Shown here: one piece after another, positions 53,679-64,000 of the stretch
Numbering within the stretch: position 1 is the stretch's first letter
How the letters are laid out: each line of letters opens with the position of its first letter
Assembly: GCF_001194135.2 (NCBI RefSeq)
Contig: NC_068997.1
Span: 55,582,530 to 55,646,529 of the forward strand
DNA: 64,000 nt
Reading direction: 5' to 3'
DNA from: Octopus bimaculoides
Lineage: Eukaryota
Translations under genes and position numbers: made by a program
Notes under the pieces: model-generated
Database searches by the model: none
Seen by the model: the letters and a program-made list of their open reading frames with translations, nothing else
Told to the model about the DNA's origin: nothing

Positions 53679-55814
53679 TACGTTTAATTAAGTTTAATTA
53701 TAATTTGCAATTAACCTTGTGATTATTACCATCAATATTTTTCTGCCAATTTTTGTGATCCATTCTAGTATGGGTTAGAAAGATCTGCTACACATCATTA
53801 TCTGCAGCATGCTTACTCAGTAATATTTCATGTATTATTCACATTTAATTGCATCAATCTAGATCAATTAACACCATAGTTAACTACCCAGATAACCATC
53901 TGCATAAAAAACAATATTTAGGTAAATAGTAACAAATTTGATTAAGTCTATACTTTCCCTAATGAGGTCCAATGACACTGGAACAAATTCATAGTTGTCT
54001 CCCATATGTGGTAAAATAAATGATTGTAATATTTGTCAGTATGTTAATGTTGTCTTTTCTTCACTTCATGATTATTTTCAACAAAATTTTTGATACTTAT
54101 TAACTGTAAAGACACGGCATCATAGGAACAAGTCTTTTTCAATAGCTTCATGTTGATCAATGCCTCATTTGGAAAAAATTGGTACATGGAAACTGTACAG
54201 AAGCTTACCATGTACATGTGTGTGTAAGAGAGTAAGAGAGAGAGAAAGCATGAGTGTGAGTGTGTGTGTGTGTGTGTGTGAGTATTTTCTTCAGTGGTCT
54301 TCACATTGATACTGCATGCGTCAAAGTGTGTTTGTTTACATCTGTAAACAATGCACCCCATGACTCCATGATTTCATGCCAAGATCAGTGAAACACTAAT
54401 TTCTTGTGTGATAAAAAAATAAGGGTTGTTGAAAAGGAGAGCATCCAGCCATAGAATACTACCCCAGTAAGTCTATCAGCAGCCCTTGTTACCAAGGTGA
54501 CATCAGACGTTAAATGATGATGATGATGATGATGATATTAGATATACCAACACTAATTTGAGTATAGATCATTTTTGGCTTGCCTCTAACACTGGTAATT
54601 TCCATTATAAACTTAAAGCAATTTCCCAGCAAGAATAAATCATAGATTTAATACTAGTACATCAATATCTTTTAAATATATTGATTGGAGGCTTTCATGC
54701 CTCATCTCCCTCACCTGAGCTCAACTTTTCTTGCATGATAACACTGAACGTCCCAAATTCAATATTCATTTCGATCTTTTCAAATCACTGCTGATGTAAT
54801 TCATCTCTTGTCCCTATTTCACATTTCTCATGCAGCACCTGCCATGTACTCAACATGTATGCTTTTAGACAGAGAGAGACAGACAGACAGACAGAGAGAT
54901 TGAAAGTATAGAAGAGATGATGGGAGTTTATGTTGATGGGGGGAGAGAGAGAGAGTGTGTGTAAGACAGAGAAGGGGGTGAAAAGGAAGGGAGAAAGACA
55001 GAGAATACGACAGAGAGGAAGACAAAGAGAAACAAGAATTTTTTCAATGAAAGTTTTATTTTGTTTAACTTCTCTCTTTCCCCTGTGATGCTGACTATTT
55101 AATTAGCTTATCAACATAATTAGAGAAGCCATTACATCTATAACTAATCATACTCCCAAGCTGGAGCAAATGCAAAATGTTTGATATTTTATTCCTGAAT
55201 ATTTTTATTCCGTAGCTGATGTTTCACGCTTTTGTAGCATTCAGTCTACAACTGATTTGGTGAAATTAGTGGAATTAATTTCATTTCGGTCAAGGCTTCC
55301 ATACTTTTATTATTCCAGACATCACAGATGCTTGTTGGTTGTTGCTTTTTTATCCAGTTGCTGATAACAGATGCTTTTTTTTTCTTACAAATAGTTTTCA
55401 AACTTAAATATCTATATACCTATACACATGCAAGTGCACGAGCACACACACACACACACACACACATGAAGTTACCTTTCTGCCATTTGTAATACCAAAG
55501 ATATACATCATCATTTTCATTTGAATGTCCACTTTTTCCATGCTTGCAGGAGGCAGACAAAACTCTTTGGGTTAAATACTCTATGGTCAGATGCTTATCC
55601 TGTCACCAACCCCAACCAATTTTCAAGCAAGATAATATTTCAAGTCATTTCCCCACATCCTCTCGATACAAACACCTAGACATGTTTTCACAGAAAATTG
55701 CAAACAAATGGTGCCACTTGAATGATAATTACACACACACACACACATTTAATTACCCTTATATTTCTTTATTTCTTTTATCACAACCCACATTTCTGAT
55801 GAAGCTGGTTTTGA

Positions 55815-56035
55815 ACACTGACCATTAAGACTATTCTGCAGAGACCTGAATAAGTGGAAATCCAAAGGAGCAATATCTGATGAATATGGAGGCTGGGGTA
55901 ACACATCCCAGCCGAGCTGCAGCAATTTTTGTCTGGTTCCTAAAGAAATGTATGGTCTTGCATTATCATGTTGGAAAACAGCACCATTCCTGTTGGCCAA
56001 TTCTGGACGTTTCTCTTGAATTGCTGCTTTTAACT
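55815..56035 (-). mobile_element. Mariner transposase fragment (C-terminal part of the catalytic domain)
   Basis: RPELANRNGAVFQHDNARPY...RQKLLQLGWDVLPQPPYSSDIAPLDFHLFRSLQNSLNG matches mariner HDNARPH and HPPYSPDLAP.D motifs. Confidence 0.9.
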
Positions 56036-56482
56036 CGTCCAGTTGTGTGCAGTATTTCTCAGAGTTAATTGTCTGGTTACTTGGGAGAAGCTCATAGTAC
56101 AGAATTCCTTTCCAATCCCACTAGACACAAAGCAAGACTTTTTAAGTTGAAGACCTGCTTTTGGGGTGGCTAAGGGTGGCTCATGTTGCTTACTCCAGGG
56201 TCACTTTCTCTGAACATTTTGGTAGATAATCCATTTCTTCAGTTGTCCCTGTCCCATCTACTCCGTGTTTTGAAGGCAAGGACATATATANNNNNNNNNN
56301 NNNNNNNNNNNNNNNNNNNNNNNNNNNNNNNNNNNNNNNNNNNNNNNNNNNNNNNNNNNNNNNNNNNNNNNNNNNNNNNNNNNNNNNNNNNNNNNNNNNN
56401 NNNNNNNNNNNNNNNNNNNNNNNNNNNNNNNNNNNNNNNNNNNNNNNNNNNNNNNNNNNNNNNNNNNNNNNNNNNNNNNNCC

Positions 56483-56771
56483 AAATAAGCAACAGGATAT
56501 CAAGAGGTGATGCAGTATGACCGTTTCAAATGTCTCCATTTAATTGAACAATGCAATCATTACTTCAATTTAAATGCAGAGCTATCCTCAGCTGCATAAA
56601 TAAATAAATAGAATTTTTAATCAGTTGGACACATTAAAAATTCTATTTATTTATTTATGCAGCTGAGGATAGCTCTGCATTTAAATTGATGTAATGATTG
56701 TATTGTTCAATTGAATGGAGCCACTTGAAACGGTCGTACTGCATCACCTCTTGATATCCTGTTGCTTATTT
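56483..56771. repeat. Fold-back with ~139-bp arms and an 11-nt loop
   Basis: 56483-56621 is the reverse complement of 56633-56771 with a few substitutions. The left arm begins at a gap edge. Confidence 0.9.
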
Positions 56772-58320
56772 TGATTTTATTCACCTTACTTTGAGTTGTA
56801 CAGACAATACCACACTGATTTGGTGCTTCAACTTAACTACCTAATTCATCTGAATCTCAATCATTTCTTAAATATATATGTATGTATATATATATGTGTG
56901 TATGTATATATATGTGTGTGTGCATATATTTATATATGTGTGTATATATGTATATACATGCATGTGTGTATGTGTGTGCATATTTCTTGACTCTAATCTG
57001 TCTATTCCGCCCCCCACCCCCATTATTCCTATTTACCATTTCAATTATATTTTTGTTGTACTTTCTAAAACGTTTTCTCTGTTGACAATTTTTCCAATTC
57101 TTTTTTTTTTCTTTTCTATTGTAAATAAATGGTGTGTTTTTATGTGTTTGTGTTTGTCTGTGTTTGTTTATGACAGTTTGTGCATGTGAGAGTGAGTATG
57201 TCTGCATGCATGTTTGTGTTGATGATGCCTGTAACATATAGTGGCTGTGTGGTAAGAAGCCTGTGTGTGCATACGTGTGGTGTGTGTGTGTGTTTGTTTG
57301 TTTTTTTATAAAAGCTCATCCCCTGAAACTACAGTATTTGTTTTCCTTCCTTGTTATATCTTTTATTCCCAAAAGGCAATACAAGAACTTTTTCTTCTAT
57401 TTCACTAATATTTTTGTTTTTGTTTATATTCCCCCTCCCCACTTCTTTCTTTGTTGCTTTTCACTCAAGTCTATCATTATCTTCTTGACCCCCACAGTAC
57501 CCTCTCCTTCCTCCCTAACAACAACAACAATAACAACGAAAGCAACAAAATAATTTCAAAAGTATTCAAGAGGAAGAAATTTTTTTACCAAGTGTGTTTG
57601 CAAGCCAGACCACCAGACACAACTTCCTTCCATCCATCTCACTGGTAACTCATGGTTTAACTAATTTCATTGAACAATTTAAAACTTTTGCTCCTCTGTA
57701 AATTTCAGTCAAAACAGAAACAAACAAACGTAGATATTTTCTGAAATATCTTCTTCATACTGCTCTGATGATTTACGCATGCTCCCTTTTCACCTCACAC
57801 AAATAAATCCACTTGTTCTCTTTCATAAATAGATTTTATATTCTCTAAATATATGTTCTGCTACGTTGGTTTATCACTCCAAGCAAAAAACAAGAATTAA
57901 TTTTAGTGTGTGTATGATAATGAAAGATTATTTAGGTCATAACTGAGATGAGAAACAAAAACTCGTTCATCTAGTTATACCTGAAGCCTTGAAGCATACA
58001 ATACCAAAGGAACCCAAGGGTCTTCTGGTAGGGAGATATTCTGCTGAATCAATGAAATGGTACAAGAAGTTGTTTTTGTTTTCTTTTGATACTAACAGAC
58101 AATAAATAAATAAAGAGAATGGGTAAGAAGGTGAGTATTTTTCCTTTAACCTTTGGTCTCATCTGAAAACAGCTATATTCAAAAATGTCTCGACAAGAAA
58201 CAATGTGAAAAGGATAAGTAAACCTAAATTCAGTACTAAGAGGGCAATGCATTAAAGATCTAACTGCACTTGAATCTAATATGTTGCATTATAGGGAAGA
58301 ACTCTTTGTGTTCATGTGTC

Positions 58321-58362
<42 letters not shown>

Positions 58363-60524
58363 GATGGATGGAGATAGATAGACAAATAGATAGAAATGGA
58401 TAAATGTATTCACATGTGTGTGTGTGTATATATATATACAGATGTATATGTATGTATGTATGTTTGTTTGTATGCCTGTATGTATATTTTGTCTTTTTAA
58501 TAATACACAGCACATCATAAGTGTCAGGTAAATGATATTGAACAGTAAAAGAAAACAGAGCAACAGAAAGATACATGCATACACACACATATTTACACTT
58601 ACATTTAGACACACACACATTCATACATGTATATAAATATATGCATTCATACACAAATGACAAAGTACATTTGAAGTGAATAGAGAAAAAGAAGTTTCGA
58701 AAATAGTGTTGCTTCAAAATGACGGAATGCAAAAGTTGAAGAATCACTAAGTGTAACTCTAGCAACAGCTGTAACCATAAGAGCATTAGAGAGAGGGGGA
58801 GGAGGAGGAGAAGCTAGAGGTGTAGTAAAATGTTTGTAGAGCAGAGTTACATCTGCATTTGGCAATATTAATGCAGGTTCAGAAGACCCCTCTTTACACA
58901 AGAACAGAGATATAGTGAAGTAGAAACTGCAGATAGATAAACATAGAACTAAAACGGTGTTAATATGAAATAATAAACAGAAGAAATTGTAAGAGTGTTT
59001 TTGGAAAACAGTGAACAGGAAATATAGGTATTTTGTAGGAAAGCACTGTATGTAGACAATGTCTACAGAATGAGTAGCAGTATGCTAATGAACTAATTAA
59101 TTAGTGTTTGTATCTATGGAGGTAATGTTGTCATTGAAGTCAATACTTTAGCATAAAAATCTCTAATGAAGAAATACAGCTGAAACAAGCACTCTCTCAC
59201 CTTTTGAGTTGCAGATAATTCTTCAGATCCCATGTAAAATCTCTACCAATATTTTGGAATTCTTCTAATCTCATTTCTTAAGTAGAATAGTTCTGTAGGC
59301 AGGAGTCTTGCTTGCAGTTCCACACATACACACACATGCATAAGCCCGCCTAAAGCTCTTTTTTACTGTGCCTAAGTATGATGTCACCATTTCCAATCTT
59401 CCATAAAAACATGTCTGATCATGGGGAAAATATTACCTTAGTTTGAAATAGGTGGGGGTGGGGTTGGTGACAGGTGGGGCATCAGGTTGTAGAAAGATCC
59501 ACTTTAGCAAATTCCATCTGATTTGTGCAAGAGTAAAAAGTGGATGTTAAAATGATGTTATAATTTATGATATCTAATACACACTCATATGACACATGCA
59601 TTATGCAAATGAGCACATTAGATATCAATCTATGGTAATGTCTAGAATATTTATGACATATATTTAATGACTAACATGGTTATGTCTTTTGATTTTGGGA
59701 ATTCATGAATCTGATTTGCCACAGTTGGTTGCAGCTGAATTATGAAGATACAGGCGGTAAAATATTTAACGTCAGGACAAGAGTCAAATCTATTTTCTCA
59801 TCATAACTGAATTATTGCTAACATTTAATATATGTTGCATTAGAAAGCAAAGTAAAAAGGATAGACACTAAGAAGACACTGATACTTAACAGTGACTAAT
59901 GTTATTTTAAACTTTACTGCAAATTTGGGAGAAAACTGAATATGTTTTGATCTTATTCTGTGCTCATCAGTAAAACATAGCCTTTTCTATGCCTGCAGAA
60001 ATGGTGACGAAAATGTTTTCTACCCTTATTTCTATTCCTTCTTGCACTGGCCATCAATTGATGTCTGTCAGTGGATGGTTCCAATACCATATTTTTTCTA
60101 TGAGAAGTGATTGTTAATCTCACATTCAGGATTCCTCCATTTCTAGTGAAAGGAATTTTGTGAGTGATTCCCTTCTCCAGCCATTACTGTGTCAAAAGCA
60201 AATGATTTAGGAACTTTACTGCATGAAAACAAGAGTTAATTTAGTGTTAACATGTCTAATGGATGGTGTATTGAAAATGCTAAAAAGATATTAATATGGC
60301 AAGAAAATTGTTTGACAGGCTTGCCAAAAGCTGTGAGAATAGCACAGAAAGGCATCAGACTAAGGACAGAGGTAGAATTGATTAAATCAATTCCAATATT
60401 TCAATAGTAATTTCTCTGGAAATGGTAAAGTTGACTTTAGTTGGTTTTGAACTCTGCCTTTTAATATTTACTCACAACCTGACATAGGCTCAGTACCTTT
60501 TAAATAATAATAATAATAACAATG

Positions 60525-60675
60525 AAATTGGTTTCGAATTTGGCACAAAGCCAGCAATGTTTTTGAAAGAGGAAGTTAGTTCATTACACCAGCTATTTAT
60601 TTTATCAGCCTGAAAAGCTAATATTGGTGAAATTTGAACCCAGAATCTTAAGAGCCAGAAAAATGCCAACTTCAA
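60525..60675 (-). mobile_element. SINE family B copy (degenerate)
   Basis: TTTCGAATTTGGCACAAAGCCAGCAA...GAAATTTGAACCCAGAA. Confidence 0.65.
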
Positions 60676-61140
60676 CAACTCATCTCAGACATTTAAAGCA
60701 GAAAATTGCAACTAAAGTAAAAATAGTACAATTTTACTAATATTGGCAAGAATTTGGTTCAAAGTTTTTCATACTACAATGCCTTCAACAATTTTGACTA
60801 TGTAAATGTGTACATGGAATATCAAGTTATTAATTATTGCTTCAGCATCTCTGTGACACAGGCAGATCTTACTTAAGCAGATATTCAAAATCAATCATCT
60901 TGAAATACAATTTCTCATGGCTGCTACTTCTTTACTCTGTCTATTCACCAGTCAAACAGTTCCAACAAACTTCACAACATCTTGAAGCATTTACCATTTT
61001 TTTTCACACAGTCTCTTTTCCACTGGCTATTTTCTCCATATTCTTCAACTTAGTGTTTTTTTTTTTATTTATTCTCTTAATAATTCAGACATACACAAAT
61101 CATATACATGCACAGACACTCATGTGTACAGAATTACACA

Positions 61141-61178
<38 letters not shown>

Positions 61179-61340
61179 TATAAAGACACATATGAAATAA
61201 ATAATACACTTCCATTGCAAACAAATATTAGATGCTGTATTCCTCAAAAGAAAATACTCAGACATACAGTGTGTATATGTGCATGTGCTTATATTTGTCT
61301 ATGTATCTATTTAGAAATATGTGTATGTATATACATACTC

Positions 61341-61535
61341 TTTTACTTGTTTCAGTCATTTGACTGTGGCCATGCTGGAGCACCGTCTTTAGTTGAGCAA
61401 ACTGACCCCAGGACTCATTCTTTGTAAGCCTAGTACTTATTCTATTGGTCTCTTTTGCTGAACTGATAAGTTACGGGGGACATAAACACACCAGCATTGG
61501 TTGTCAAGCAATGTTGGGAGAACAAACACAGGCAC
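61341..61535 (-). mobile_element. SINE family A, 3' half
   Basis: TTTTACTTGTTTCAGTCATTTGACTGTGGCCATGCTGGAGCACC is the reverse complement of the family A tail. Confidence 0.8.
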
Positions 61536-62607
61536 ACAAACATATACACGCACATACATATACATATATATATATCATCGTTATATATATACAAAAATAA
61601 GAGGAATGACCAGCAAAGCATATGAAAAATTTTTTTTAATATGCTAGACCACTGGTTTTAATTGATTAATATCAATTTCTACCCTCATTAATAAATTTTA
61701 TATATATATATATATATAAACTTGATTTAAAGTCGCAAAGCAGAAACAGTATATTTTATTCCATCATAAAAATAAGTATTTTTAAGCCAAGATTTACCTG
61801 AAGCTTTCTCAGAATTCATAGAAAATATTATCAATATTATCTGAATCAGCAAGATCTGTTGCTTGTTTTATGTATAATTTTTTTCCTTTCATCTCTATCA
61901 GGATATGTTGTCATTGTTAGAATCAACACAACCGACAATGTTGTTAGATTATATCATCATCATCATTATCATCATCATCATCGTTGTTGTCCTGCTCCTT
62001 GTCATCATCTTTGTCAACATTGTTGTAAATGCTGGCAAAAATGGCAGTGATGTCAGCAGCAGTGGCATGATGACAATGATGATGATGATCCTCATCATCA
62101 CCATTATTGTCATCGTCATCATCATCACCATCATCACCATCATCATCATCACCGTTATTGTCGTCCTCATTATTGTTGTCAACATAATTTTTTCCACGCT
62201 GGCATGGGTTATGACTTACTGAAGCAACATTCTGTGGCACGATGCTCTTTTTTTGGCAGTCAGGTGCCTTTGTCTTTGTAATAAGATATTTTTATTCCAC
62301 TGGTCCATCATAAGTTGAAACCAGGATACATGTGCACAATATCGCCATTGCCACAGTGGTGCCACTACAAAGACACACAAAAACATACGCCCGTGCTCGA
62401 GAGTGCACACACACACACATGCACACAGATATTTGATAGATTTCTGTAGAGTTTCCCTCCAATTTCAATAACAAAGAATTGGTCAGCCTAAGAGTATAAG
62501 CAAAGATGCAAAGACATCCTCTGAAGCTACCGCAAAGTGGAATGGAACCTAAAACCATTAAAACACTTGGTGATTCTCTGCATTCCTCCTCTAATGGGCA
62601 CAGGTAT

Positions 62608-62762
62608 AGGTTGGCTATGTGATAAGAAGTTTGCTTGCCAACCTCATGGTTCAAGATTCAGTCCCACTGCATGGCACCTTGGGCAAGTGTCTTCTGCTAT
62701 AGCCTTGGCCAACCAAAGCCACGTGAGTGGATTTGGTAGACAGAAACTGAAAGAAGCCCATC
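62608..62762 (+). mobile_element. SINE family A, head and body
   Basis: Close match to 18030-18180. Confidence 0.8.
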
Positions 62763-63641
62763 ATGTGTGTGTGTGGTTGCAATATGGCTGAATGGTTGAG
62801 GTGTTAACCGTACAGTGCTGAGATCCCAGCTTAGTATCAATTGACATGTGTGGTTTAGGTTTGATCCAAAATATGTAAGTGAAATTGAGTAAATGGAAAC
62901 TGTGAGGAAGCATGTCAGCTGGACTGCACTTATAATTCAAAAGTCCAGTATTGTCACACCGTCACGTGCTCAATTGGGATTCATGTGCTCAATTGGGATT
63001 CACATGCTCAAGAATCCCAATTAAGATACACATGTCTGTGGAATACCCAGCCAGCTTTGCAAAGAATTGATAATGCAGTTGAACAAACCCTTGAGTACTC
63101 ATTCATGAAATGGAGATCCATTTCGATAAGGTGCTGGCTAAAATCTATAGATATATTCATAAACACAGAAGAGTACTTCTTCATTAACAACTCCTACACC
63201 GTTTCCATCAGTATTTTATTTCTGATCATTTTGTACCACAATTCATGAATTCTGTTATTATTTGTTATAGGTTTCTAATGGACCAATCTCTGGTTCACTC
63301 TGTTTCTAATATTGGGAATAATAAAGGTTTCCATCTCCCTTGGAGTACTTCAGTGAACTTCATACCTCTATCAACTGTAGCTTCTGACCACTGTTTATGT
63401 CTTTCTTTGATATATATTCATTGATGAACAATACATATACATGCACAAAGTATTGTGGAAATAACACATTTCATCAAACGACTTTCTATCAAAGTTACCT
63501 TCATAAAATAGCTTTTAAATATATTTGTCATCTAACGTCTTTTAATTGAAACATGTTTTTATTGAAATTATCTTCACAGAATAATTTTACAAATATATGC
63601 TCATCAAACAACTTTTTATCAAAACTACTTTTTGTAGAATA

Positions 63642-63873
63642 ATATTCTTTTCTACTCAAGGCACAAGGCCCAAAATTTTGGAGGAGGACACCAGTTGATA
63701 AGATCGACCCCAGTATGCAACTGGTACTTAATTTATCGACCTCGAAAGGATGAAAGGCAGAGGCAAAGGCAAAGTCAACTGCTGTGGAATTTGAACTCAG
63801 AACATAAAGACAGGTAAAATACCACTTAGCATTTTGCCCGACGTGCTAACGTTTCTGCCAGCTCGCTGCCTTA
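63642..63873 (-). mobile_element. tRNA-derived SINE family B with a 12-bp target-site duplication
   Basis: TTTTGTAGAATA at 63630-63641 and 63874-63885. Body GAATTTGAACTCAGAAC / TTTATCGACC is shared with other copies. Confidence 0.85.
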
Positions 63874-64000
63874 TTTTGTAGAATATTATTATAAATTTAA
63901 TTTGACAGACCAAGATTTATTCATAATTCTTTTTCTTTCTCAAAAGAGATTTGTCACCTGATTAAGCAAACTTGAGTCGATTATTCTATGTTGCTAAGGT

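Overview
AT-rich, microsatellite-dense animal genomic DNA from a gapped short-read assembly; most N gaps abut (TA)n tracts. The repeat families look like those of an octopod cephalopod, but this is from my recall of Octopus repeats, not from a search. Almost all entries in the ORF track are translated microsatellites. Genes: I can assemble one minus-strand spliced gene of unknown function from six phase-compatible exons (16506 down to the left window edge, at least 181 aa). Splice signals also suggest a plus-strand transcript whose 5' exons interleave with it around a CpG-retaining region at 14.4-16.9 kb. The rest is intronic or intergenic DNA filled with tRNA-derived SINEs, LINE remnants (RTE, R4/Dong, Tx1/L1, Penelope-like), a mariner fragment, piggyBac-like MITEs and four long fold-back palindromes. 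The most unusual item is a ~280-bp element in two copies (46524-46804 and 18515-18772). It joins a tRNA-like Pol III head to a Penelope-type minimal hammerhead ribozyme.
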